Part shown: one piece after another, positions 1-10,590 of the stretch
Layout: each line of letters begins with the position of its first letter
Position numbering within the stretch: the first letter of the stretch is position 1
DNA from: Octopus sinensis
Taxonomy: Eukaryota
Length of the DNA stretch: 21,180 nucleotides
Direction: 5' to 3'
NCBI RefSeq assembly: GCF_006345805.1
Contig: NW_021823871.1
Location: 1 to 21,180 of the forward strand
Made by a program: the position numbers and the translations under genes
The notes under the pieces: model-generated
Database searches by the model: none
The model's input: the letters and a program-made list of their open reading frames with translations, nothing else
Told to the model about the DNA's origin: nothing

Positions 1-29
1 TTTTAATGTAATTTAGCACCACACCCTTT

Positions 30-132
30 ATATATATGCATATATACATACATGCATGCATACATACATACATACATACATACATACATACATACATACA
101 TACATACATACATACATAAATACACACACACA
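30..132. repeat. (CATA)n microsatellite grading into (CA)n
   Basis: Direct reading of tandem tacatacataca... followed by cacacaca. Confidence 0.95.
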
Positions 133-377
133 CACAGGGATTTTGCAGGGATGAACCGTTTGAGCAACTGATGTGCAAAGCCTTTTTCGCTTCCCTTCAA
201 ACGCAGTTCAAGTCCCCACTAAGTCAGCTCGAACTGTCTTCCTTTTAATTTATAATGAATAAGATCAGTTATAGGTATGTGGCGAACTAAATGGTGGACA
301 ATAGTTACAGAAGAATTTTGGTGTGGGTACTGGGTTTTTAACTTGTTATGGCAACGAAGATGTTATCCTTATTACCA

Positions 378-417
378 CACCACACACACACACACACACA
401 CATTATATATATGGATA

Positions 418-480
<63 letters not shown>

Positions 481-511
481 CATATATATTATATACATAC
501 ATACATACAAC

Positions 512-566
<55 letters not shown>

Positions 567-700
567 GATATATATATATGATATATATATATATATGTAT
601 ATATATACATATATATATATACATACTACATACACATATATATATATACATACATACATACACACATATATATATATATACAGATATGTATGTGTGTATA
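378..700. repeat. Compound (CA)n/(TA)n microsatellite
   Basis: Direct reading; it generates the YI-rich ORF-track entries. Confidence 0.95.
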
Positions 701-918
701 TGTTTGTTGCGTCTGTGTTTGTACCGCCAAAATCGCTTGACAACCAATAGTAGTGTGTTTACGTCTCGTAACCTAGTGGTTCGGCAAAGAGACCGGAGAG
801 AATATAGAATAAGTACTAGTCTTACAAAGAAATTAGTCTTGGGGTCGATTTACTTGACTAAAGGCGGTGCTCCAGCATGGACACTGTCAAATGACTGAAA
901 CAAGTAAAAGAGTAAAAA
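701..918 (+). mobile_element. 3' half of a SINE (family ending GGCGGTGCTCCAGCATGG...GTCAAATGACTGAAACAAGTAAAAG)
   Basis: Contains GGGGTCGAT and AATAAGTAC motifs shared with other SINEs in the window, plus a tail I recall from an abundant octopus SINE; no head visible. Confidence 0.7.
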
Positions 919-934
919 ATTATACAATTAAATA

Positions 935-1042
935 AATATATATTAATATAATATATATTATATATATATAATAACAATTATATAAATATAATCATATATA
1001 TATAATATATATATATAATATAAAACTATATATATATAAATA
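935..1042. repeat. Degenerate (TA)n tract
   Basis: Almost pure A/T alternation. Confidence 0.9.
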
Positions 1043-1614
1043 TTAAGAAGAGTGTTGTGAAAGGCCAGCATAATGCGAGATGGTAAGGCAGATACAAGAG
1101 AGGGTGGAAAAACAACCATGTTGTAGTTTACCTGGGATTTCTATATTTCTAATTAATGCTCGGCATTTCAATCTATCGCTTTTTTCCAAATGTCCTGAAG
1201 AAAGGCTCTTCACCCCGAAGTATAGTAATGTAAAGTAAAACTGAAACTTTATCCCGTTTTTTTACCCCTTTTGTAGTTCACTTTGCATCTTCTTGCATAG
1301 CTTCACCCTTTGGAAACAACCTTCTGTAAAGCTATACCTCACAATGCTTCGCCAAAACTACCTCATTGGCAGACGTATTTTGAAGAATCTGAAACCGGTA
1401 CCACATTATCCATTTCTAGGTATTTCATTTTTCAGATGTTCTTCCTAGAGGTAAGACAATTTTTTTTTCATGTTTGCTGCACACACGCATCTTTACTAGT
1501 ACATACGCAGTGAAGCTATACATTAGCGTCGTATTTATTACGTTCGCTATTTTCCAGGAAATATCGGTACTTCGTTGTGCCATTTATTTACTTTTATATA
1601 TATATATATATTAT

Positions 1615-2015
1615 ATGCTTGGTCTCAAGCATTTGTCTTATGAAGAAAGGCTGAAGACGCTCGAAAAACGACGACGCCATGATGATTTCATTCTCGTTCA
1701 CAACATCATAAGCGAAAGTGTAACCTCTCGAAAGAGCTGTTCCTACTCCTGCTCCAGATCGTGGGCTGCGGGGTCACTCCGAAAAGCTGTATCTACAACG
1801 ATTTCATATCAATTGAAGGAGAGGGGCTTTCTCTGTCCGGGTTGCGGATCCGTGGAATAAGCTGCCGGACGAGATAGTGAAGATGCCGACGACCGCTCGG
1901 TTCAAAGTCTCTCTTGACCATATATGGCCTGAACTCTTTGTATAACCTCCTTCCCTGTCCCCCTACATCGCCTTGCTTTTGCATTTTGAGCCAATAAAAA
2001 TTTAACTGAATTGAA
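1615..2015 (+). mobile_element. Decayed 3' end of a CR1-clade LINE (ORF2 C-terminus, 3' UTR, tail)
   Basis: Joining frames over two frameshifts gives GLKHLSYEERLKTL..EKRRR..D.ILVHNII...PDRGLRGHSEKLYLQRFHIN*RRGAFSVRVADPWNKLPDEIVKMPTTARFKVSLDHIWPELFV* (stop 1943-1945). This matches the CR1 YEERL / RGH..KL / FS.RV...WN.LP signature. AATAAA at 1993 and an AACTGAATTGAA tail follow. Confidence 0.9.
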
Positions 2016-2687
2016 AGGAATTGCATAAGCGAACACAAATTATAAGGTTGGAATTCATTGATACGGATATGCAATCCATAACTATTTTGAGAAGTATTGA
2101 ATTTAGTATTATCTTTCTCATATACAAACACCTTACAACGAAATACCAGTAATATACGTAGGGTTGATGAGATCAAACATACTCTTGCAGCGAATCCTAT
2201 CCAAATTTCATTTACCAATATTTATTCCTATATATCAATATTTTATAGAATATCGATAGGAACTTTTTTGAACAGGTTTTACGACTAGAATTAATTCTCC
2301 GTATTTATTTATATATTTATTTATTTATTGATAACTCATCTATCAATAATTTATTGCTTTCTATAATAATCGGAACCGCATAGGTATATCCTGAAATGGA
2401 ATCCAAACGGAACACATTTCAATAGGAAATATTTATATATATTTATCTATAACTATCCAAAATATTCGTTTATATTTTTTTTTACGTTTCACGTTCTCGT
2501 GTACGATTCTCTAATAATTGCTTTCTTTTAATTTTTCTTTTCTGTTGTAATTTTTCTTTTTATCATTCCTTCATTCTGTGTTTCTTTATTCTTATTTTCT
2601 TTTCTATTCTTCTCATCCCATTCCCCTTTTCTAGAAGCGTCTTTATATTTTTTCCATTCGTAATTCAAACGGAAAAAAACGAATTTA

Positions 2688-2945
2688 ATTATATATATAT
2701 ATATATATGTATGTGAGTGTATATGTACGAATGTCAGGATGAGTATGTGTATGAAAATATAAAATACATAAATATTATATATATATACATATAATATAGA
2801 TTCTGATATAAAGATATATATATATATATATAATATATATATAATATAGAGAGAGAGAGAGAGAGAGAGAAAAGGGGAGAGAGGATATTGGATATATATA
2901 GATATATGTGTGTGTGTGTGTGTGTAACATGTACACACACACACT
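2688..2945. repeat. Compound (TA)n/(GA)n/(TG)n microsatellites
   Basis: Direct reading. Confidence 0.9.
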
Positions 2946-3349
2946 CATACCATATATTTATTTATATACATGCATACATACATTATTGCCGCAACGAATT
3001 TCCTTTTCAAAATCTGTATTCGACAATTGGAATTTACGAATCTTTAAATCCCTTGTGGGTGTATAGCTAATCATTGGATTTATTATCGCTCTCTGCATTC
3101 TTCATATATGAATGCATACATAAATACATAGATGCATACATACATATGTATATGTGTTGTGTGTGTGTGTGTGTGTGTTGTAGTATTTTATCAATGGGAT
3201 ATTGGCAGTATTCTGTGTAAAGGGTCTTAGAAAGGTTATCACCCTATCAAAAGGAGAAAATAAAGTACAGCTCCTTGATGCATTAAAGAATATCGTGACA
3301 GGTCATCGTAACCTATCTAAGAAAGGAAATTGGATAAGAAATGCACAAA

Positions 3350-3515
3350 CATATATATATATATGTTTACATATATATATATACATATATATTATATATA
3401 TATATAATATATATATATATTATATATATGATACCAACATAATATAAAAATATATGCATATATACATACATATATGTACATAACTGCATCTATATGTATA
3501 TATACATGCATATAT
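3350..3515. repeat. Degenerate (TA)n tract
   Basis: Direct reading. Confidence 0.9.
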
Positions 3516-3734
3516 GGGTACAGGACACCAAAAAAACAAAACGCCGAACACAATGAGAAACGAAAACATAAAAACAAAATCATGGAAACGGACTTTTTTT
3601 TAAACAACGAAAAAACAGAGTACAAGACATACAACACAAGGAACATTCCCCTTCTTTGCCCCTGCTTTGTCTACTCCGTGTTTCGGTGGTCGCTCTTTGA
3701 ATATGTAGATTCAAGCACTCTTTTACGAAGACGT

Positions 3735-3769
<35 letters not shown>

Positions 3770-4200
3770 ATCATCGTCTATTTAAAATCGATTCATTGTG
3801 ACATCGACATACAAAATTTAATTTCATACACAGGTATGTCAATCATGATTATGTGCTATGCGTTCAGTAGGGTCGACTGAATGCGTTCTTGTATCGGGGC
3901 ATTTTCATATGTGTGAACTAAACTGTCGTAGATGTTAATATAAATTTAATAATGTCATAATCTGTGTCAAAATAAAGCTTGTAGGTTTATTTTCGAATTA
4001 TATCGTTCGCAAAATCAAATATTTGCTTCTAGTAGCTATAATGTTACTGATAGTGTATCGATAAAAGAAATCGCAAAGTTTCCAAATCATAGATTTTTTC
4101 CGGTTGTCTATAAACATTTATAATCCACTTTTGTGGTGAAGGATAATGTTATGAATAAATTCACACAATTCTTTAAATAAATGGTACTATAATTTATATT

Positions 4201-4402
4201 GGTTTCAAATTTTGTCACAAAGCCAGCTATTTCAGAAGTGCAAAATCAACTTCATCGACGCCAGTGCTCAAATGGTGTTTATTTGATCGACCCCAAAATA
4301 ATACAAGGTTATTTGGCCTCGGCTGAATTTGAACTCAGATAGACAAAATACTGCTTAGCATTATGCCTCGTGTGTAAACTATTCTGCCAGCTCACCGCCT
4401 TA
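4201..4402 (-). mobile_element. tRNA-derived SINE (main family), diverged
   Basis: Minus strand starts TAAGGCGGTGAGCTGGCAGAAT (A-box-like), then GAGTTCAAATT (B-box-like) and a GGGGTCGATC body; aligns with 16002-16237. Confidence 0.85.
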
Positions 4403-4420
4403 ACTGCATTCACAGTATTG

Positions 4421-4562
4421 ATTTCAAATTCTGGCATAAAGCTATCGATTTCGGGGTAGGGAGTAATCGATTACATCGACCCCAGTGGTCAACAAGAAAA
4501 GATGAAATGTGAAGTCGACCTCGTTGGAATTTGAACTGCGAAGGAAAAGACGGAAGAAATGG
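4421..4562 (-). mobile_element. Partial SINE (main family)
   Basis: Minus strand GTTCAAATTCCAACGAGGTCGACTT...CACTGGGGTCGATGTAATCGA. Confidence 0.8.
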
Positions 4563-4749
4563 TGTGAGTGTTAACGATACACACACACACACACACACAC
4601 ACCCACACGTATACATATATTATTTATATATATATATATAATTATATATATATATAAAATATAATTTGAGACAAAACCACACTATTTTGCAAAACAAACA
4701 AGGAAGACTTAATCAATACATAAAAATTTAAATAATAGTCAAAAAACCG

Positions 4750-4791
4750 CCACTACAATCGTTTCTTGTCTTGATCGACAATCTCAGGTGG
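4750..4791 (-). ncRNA. Second copy of the hammerhead motif, missing one core base
   Basis: Minus strand CCAC-CUGAGA-UUGUC(GAUCAA)GACAA-GAAAC(GAUU)GUA-GUGG; N7 is absent. Confidence 0.5.
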
Positions 4792-6632
4792 ACTTCCAAT
4801 CTAAAAAATCAAAATTTTAAAATATAAAAATAATACTTTTTAAATAATAAAGTATAAATGAAAAATATAAGTATATAATCCATATATAACCTATATATAA
4901 TCCATATCGAAATATAGACTAATGACCACGATTCCCTAAAAAAACCATGATAAAACAAAACACTTAAAATATATACGATAAAATCTCCCTTTGCTAAACT
5001 CTATAACAACCTATAAAGTAAACCCCCTAACCTAAACATTCACACACAAATACCACAACGTAAACCACAGACTCACGACTTATACACATACCTATACTAA
5101 CTATAAACCTCAATATACACCAAACCCACTCCTCCCCACACAGACACATTAACACATACATCCCAAAACCTAAATAACAAACCATATCACATTCACACCA
5201 AAAACACACACACGTATTCCTTTTTTACATTAGTTATTTCCATGGTAACGTAATATTGTTTGGTTTTTTAACGGCTAAGAATCTAATTTCACTTCATAAT
5301 TTGTAACTGAATTGTAAGTATGTATTTGATTTATCCTTATGTCATAATGTTATTTTTGATATTTTGGTTAATTACGATGTATTTATTGTTGTTTTCATAA
5401 TGAGGTTTATGTATATGAGAATTGGTTGTGAGTTTTTAATTGTATAATTAATTTATTTATCTGTATGAGTGTGGGTGTAAATATTGTTGTATATATCGAG
5501 TTTTAGTGAGTATGTATATGCGTATATGTGAGGGAGCATATGTATCTGTTGTGTGTGTGTGTTTTGCGTGTGTGTGTGTTTGTGTGTGAATGTGTATTTG
5601 GGTTTGTTATTTAGGATTTGGGATGTATGTGTTAATTTTGTCTGTGTGGGAGGGAGTGGTTTTGGTGTATATTGAGGTTTTATAATTTAGTATAGGTTTT
5701 TGTGTATAAGTCTTGGGTCTGTGGTTTACGTGTGGGTTTTTTGTGTGTGAATGTTTAGGTTAGGGGGATTGCCTGCTATTAAGTTTGTTATAGGGTTTAG
5801 CAAAGGGAGATTTTATCGTTATAATGCTTTATGAGTTTTGGTTTATCATGGTTTTTAGGTAATTCGTGGTATTTTGTCTATTTTAAGGTGTTGGTTATTT
5901 TTTTTACATTGTTTCATTCATACTTTTTGAGTGGTGTTCGTTTTGCCACGTGAATACCGGGTGGTGGACTAGCGTGCTTGGAATGTGAATGGAATAGTGT
6001 AGTAGTTAGGTAGGCATAGAGATTGGGATTGGTTACTGCAAGTTGTTTGTTATAGAGATGCTAAGGTGAGTTAAAGCTCATAAATGTATATAATGTTTTT
6101 GTGGGTGGTGGTAAGTATTGTTGTATATGTCGGTTAGTGAGTATGTATAGGCGTATATGTGAGGGAGTATATGTATCTTTTGTGTGTGATGTTTTGCGTG
6201 TGAGTGTGTGTTTGTGTGTGAATGTGTATATGGGTTTGTTATTTAGGTTTTGGGATGTATGTTTTAATTTGTCTGTGTGGGAGGGAGTGGGTTTGGTGTT
6301 ATTGGAGTTTATAAGTTAGTATAGGTATGTGTATAAGTCGTGAGTCTGTGGTTTACGTGTGTGTATTTGTGTGTGAATGTTTAGGTTAGGGGTTTACTTT
6401 ATAGGTTTGTTATAGAGTTTAGCAAAGGGAGATTTTATCGTTATATATTTTTAAGTGTTTTTTTGTTTTATCATGGTTTTTTTAGGGAATTCGTGGTAAT
6501 TAGTCTAATTTTCGATATGGATTATATATAGGTTATATATGGATTTATAACTTATATTTTTTCATTTATACTTTAATTATTTAAAAGTATTATTTTTTAT
6601 ATTTTAAAATTTTGATTTTTTAGATTGGAAGT

Positions 6633-6674
6633 CCACCTGAAGATGTCGATCAAGACAAGAAACGATTGTAGTGG
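6633..6674 (+). ncRNA. Minimal type I hammerhead ribozyme motif (Penelope-like element type)
   Basis: CCAC-CUGAAGA-UGUC(GAUCAA)GACA-A-GAA-AC(GAUU)GU-A^-GUGG: stem I CCAC/GUGG, core CUGANGA and GAAA, stem II, 2-bp stem III, GUA cleavage triplet; one extra A before GAAA. Confidence 0.65.
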
Positions 6675-7104
6675 CGGTTTTTTTGACTATTTTTAAATTT
6701 TATGTATTGATTAAGTCTTTCCTTGTTTGTTTTGCAAAATAGTGGTTTTGTCTCAAATAATATATTTTATAATATTTTACTATAAAATTGGATTTAAATC
6801 CTAAATCTGATTTTTTTTTTCCCTGTAAATTTGGATATATTTCCCTAATATTTATTATTTGATATATATATATATATAGATATAATATTATATATATTAT
6901 ATTTGTATATGTATGTGTGTGTGTGTGTGGTGTGTGTGTGTGTATTATATCGTGAAAAATGTAACGAACGCCGTTCAACGGGATGTTGTTACACTGGTGA
7001 GTAAAAACAGCCGATGTACGTTGGATAACGTCTGATGACACACATTTCCTCCTGGCCAAGTACATTCACTTTGGTGAATGGAAAAAGCACCTCCTTAGAG
7101 GTGG

Positions 7105-7134
7105 TATATATATATATATACTATAATATATATA

Positions 7135-7173
<39 letters not shown>

Positions 7174-7192
7174 TAATATATGTGTGTGTGTG
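7105..7192. repeat. (TA)n/(TG)n microsatellite
   Basis: Direct reading. Confidence 0.9.
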
Positions 7193-7326
7193 AAAAAAAC
7201 AAGTCAGGATAGAAAATGCTAAAATAATTTTATATAGAACATTTCAGTACCGGTTTCAGTCATTGAGACTTTTTCAACAGTAACAATTAAATAAGTAAAT
7301 TTAGAAAAATTAAAAGAAAAGTTTTT

Positions 7327-7336
7327 TATATATATA

Positions 7337-7376
<40 letters not shown>

Positions 7377-7386
7377 TATATTATAT
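7327..7386. repeat. (TA)n microsatellite
   Basis: Direct reading. Confidence 0.9.
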
Positions 7387-7662
7387 GTTGGAAAGCATGC
7401 ATTTATGGAAGAATGGTGGTATGTATTAATGTATGTATGCATGTATCTATGTATGCAGGTCGGCATGTACCTAAGTATGTATGTACGTATATAGACATGT
7501 GGTATTGATTCATCTTGTAGAAGATAACAGGAAAATATGGATAGATGCGTATTTACTGCACTCTATGTTACTACAAATTACGTTTGTAGTCACGATTCAG
7601 ACGTACTTGATTACAGATCCATTATGTTAGACCAAATGATGTTTCAAAGAGGAGAAACTACT

Positions 7663-7750
7663 AACATTGTAACAACAAGAACAGCAGCAGCAACATCGAC
7701 ATCGAAAACAATAACAGCAACAAAAACAACAACAACAACAACTACAGTAC
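7663..7750. repeat. Degenerate (ACA/GCA)n trinucleotide tract
   Basis: aacaacaagaacagcagcagcaac...aacaacaacaacaac. Confidence 0.8.
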
Positions 7751-7824
7751 AATCAAATCAGCATTTTCAATGAAATATTATTATTGATAATTCGTAAGAA
7801 TCATTTCTCTGTTCATTTGTTCAG

Positions 7825-8740
7825 CATCATCATTGTTCGACCTTGGTCGAGACAATGGAATTTACCATGCTACGCCAGAGTTCACGGTCCATCATGGCAT
7901 TACGGAGGTCCTGTTGCTGGATGCCTGTATCGCTGGAGATTATATCAGGGTAGGAGAGTGTGCGCCCTCTGGTATCGTAACCGTGGTCGAGACAATGGAA
8001 TTTACCATGCTACGCCAGACCTCACGGTCCATCATGGCATTACGGAGGTCCTGTTGCTGGATGCCTGTATCGCTGGAGATTATATCAGGGTAGGAGAGTG
8101 TGCGCCCTCTGGTATCGTAACCGTGGTCGAGACAATGGAATTTACCATGCTACGCCAGACTTCACGGTCCATCATGGCATTACGGAGGTCCTGTTGCTGG
8201 ATGCCTGTATCGCTGGAGATTATATCAGGGCAGGAGAGTGTGCGCCCTCTGGTATCGTAACCGTGGTCGAGACAATGGAATTTACCATGCTACGCCAGAC
8301 TTCACGGTCCATCATGGCATTACGGAGTCCTGTTGCTGGATGCCTGTATCGCTGGAGATTATATCAGGGTAGGAGGTGTGCGCCCTCTGGTATCGTAACC
8401 GTGGTCGAGACAATGGAATTTACCATGCTACGCCAGACTTCACGGTCCATCATGGCATTACGGAGGTCCTGTTGCTGGATGCCTGTATCGCTGGAGATTA
8501 CATCAGGGTAGGAGAGTGTGCGCCCTCTGGTATCGTAACCGTGGTCGAGACAATGGAATTTACCATGCTACGCCAGACTTCACGGTCCATCATGGCATTA
8601 CGGAGGTCCTGTTGCTGGATGCCTGTATCGCTGGAGATTACATCAGGGTAGGAGAGTGTGCGCCCTCTGGTATTGCGAGTAGATGGCTTCCAGAGGAGAA
8701 GAGTAGAAATTACCTCTTTTTCAGAAATTACCTCTTTTTC
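7825..8740 (-). mobile_element. 5'-truncated RTE-clade LINE 3' end with an internally amplified segment
   Basis: Minus-strand translation EKEVISTLLLWKPSTRNTRGRTLSYPDVISSDTGIQQQDLRNAMMDREVWRSMVNSIVST(T/K)VEQ* matches the RTE ORF2 C-terminus pattern (LW.P...RGR....Y.D.....DR..WR..V). It is followed by a terminal TCGACC-AA-GGTCGA stem-loop and a (TGA)n tail. Confidence 0.85.
7845..8673. repeat. Tandem array of ~5.9 x 140-bp units
   Basis: Units start at 7845, 7985, 8125, 8265, 8403 and 8543 (unit 4 is 138 bp; unit 6 is truncated at 131 bp); near-identical. Confidence 0.97.
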
Positions 8741-9099
8741 TATTCATAGCTTGTAGGGGACCCGAAGGAAATCTTTTAAAAATGCTCGTCTATTCCGCGT
8801 ATCGTAGTACTGTGGTGGATGTAAAACACTAGGGATCTTAGGGATTTAGATATTGTAGTTTGTTTCACGTATATATATTTAAGGTTAGAATTGTGAGGAA
8901 AATAAATCAATAGCATTGGGCAGAGTTTTGTTCATAGAGTCTAAGATGCAATCGTACCTAGACCTACTGTTGCAAAAAAAAGTACTTACATCCCTCCATA
9001 GATATGAATATTCACTGATATAACAAGCATACGTTGATACATTCACAGATATGTACAAGCATGCATACATACGTGTACATGTCCATGGATGCGCGTTTA

Positions 9100-9239
9100 A
9101 CTACATACATACACACACATATATTATATGTATATGTATATATATATATACATACATATATTATATGTATATGTATATATATACATACATATATATATGA
9201 ACATATATACACACACACGCGTACACACACACACACACA

Positions 9240-9277
<38 letters not shown>

Positions 9278-9362
9278 TATATGCATGCGTATACGTGGTA
9301 CATGAATATATATATATATATATATATAAACACATGTACGCGTACACGTGTGTACATGAATA

Positions 9363-9394
<32 letters not shown>

Positions 9395-9512
9395 CATTAT
9401 ATATATATATTACATATATATATATATATACATACATATATATATACATACATATATATATACATTACATATATAACATATACAATATTATATAATATAT
9501 ATATATATACGC
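9100..9512. repeat. Compound (TA)n/(CA)n/(TATG)n microsatellite
   Basis: Direct reading. Confidence 0.9.
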
Positions 9513-10590
9513 ACATGCCCGTACACACGCGCAAACGCAGACATAACGTCACGTCCACATATCGAATGCATACATTGTTATATAATTTTATCATTGTTGC
9601 TTGATAGCGACTACAATAACATTAGAAAGCTTCATCAACTGGCTACAATTAGCACAAGAAGGAGATTTTCCACAGAACGCATTATTAAACAAGATTTGAA
9701 AACAAAATAAAAATTAGGTCACTTTATAGTCTTTGTGGTCTGAACTTAATCAGTGATCTTTTCAAATTAGTGGGAGGACTGGCTTGAAATCAATGGTGGA
9801 AGTTAAATAGAAACAGTAAAACAGTAAAATCGAATCGAGACGGAGAATGACTGAAATGTTAGAAATATGAAAGAGATGAGGGGGGGGGTATTTTCGTTAA
9901 GAATTTATGGGCGGATATGATTAGAATTTAAAAATAAAACTAATCAATCTGTCAAAGTAGTCTCATTATCTGATAAAAGTGACGCGAACTGTTAATCAGT
10001 GACTTAATGATGTAGAAATGACAGTGAGAAATTATTAATAGTTTCTCTAATAAGACAGAAATGACTAAGATTCAAAAAATAAAGGAAAATAAGTGATATT
10101 TTCGTTTTTGTTTTTCTTTATTTTTGTTTTGTTATTTTTGTATTTTGTTTTGAGAGTTTCTCTTTCATTCTCGGATTCTCGGCATCTTTCGAAGTGTTTC
10201 GAAAGTTTAATATCATCATACTTCATGTTTCCCTAATATATTTAAAATGGCTTCCATCGTTTAATCTTTAATGCAATCACTGCTGTGAGAGAAAACAAAT
10301 ATAACTACGAAAATAAATATAAATAATGCTGCCTCTTAGCAATTATACAGGTAAGTTAAGACTAGAACGTTAATTAACACCAGTATCTCAATCTCTGTCT
10401 CTATCTCTCTCTCCCTCTCTGTCACTTTCCATGTATATATAAATATATATAAACGCACACACACGCACATATTCGTCAGCAAACAAAGCCACCATATACA
10501 CAACTGTTCTGGAAACAGCTGTAAGAAACTATCGGCATACTATCTTAGTTCCTACTCTGTGTTAACCATTCTATTTTAACAGCCTAGTTA

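Larger units (their letters stand above)
4653..6771. repeat. Large imperfect inverted repeat with a third, direct copy (arms 4653-5213 reverse and 6101-6771; extra copy 5471-~5925)
   Basis: 4653-5213 reverse-complements to ~6195-6771 (e.g. TTTGAGACAAAACCAC / GTGGTTTTGTCTCAAA; TCTCCCTTTGCTAAAC / GTTTAGCAAAGGGAGA). 5471- and 6101- share the same sequence at a 630-bp offset. Confidence 0.9.

Noticed and set aside
3202-3447. ORF MAVFCVKGLRKVITLSKGENK...
   Set aside because: No recognisable homology, and it runs straight into a microsatellite.
3671-3710. Minus-strand ...CGAAACACGGAGTAG with upstream CTAC as a hammerhead
   Set aside because: The core CUGANGA is absent and the stem III/cleavage triplet is wrong.
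5750-6395. TTAGGTTAGGG as an interstitial telomere
   Set aside because: Only one or two imperfect units per copy, which is expected by chance in G/T-rich sequence.
6101-6600. C-depletion as deamination or bisulfite-like conversion
   Set aside because: A is also low in the GT-rich part, CpG enrichment among residual C rests on 8 of 18 sites, and the differences between copies are not directional C-to-T.
7845-8673. CRISPR-like interpretation of the 140-bp array (also considered for the 32-bp array at 14368)
   Set aside because: There are no unique spacers and no cas genes. The units are fully repeated and traceable to a LINE and a SINE in a eukaryotic context.
7784-8749. Repeated plus-strand ORFs (…DNGIYHATPDFTVHHG…)
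   Set aside because: They are antisense to the RTE ORF2 tail, and the 140-bp period is not a multiple of 3.
10154-10356. Exon between a polypyrimidine tract and CAG|GTAAGT
   Set aside because: No convincing open frame or recognisable peptide; splice-like motifs are common in T-rich DNA.
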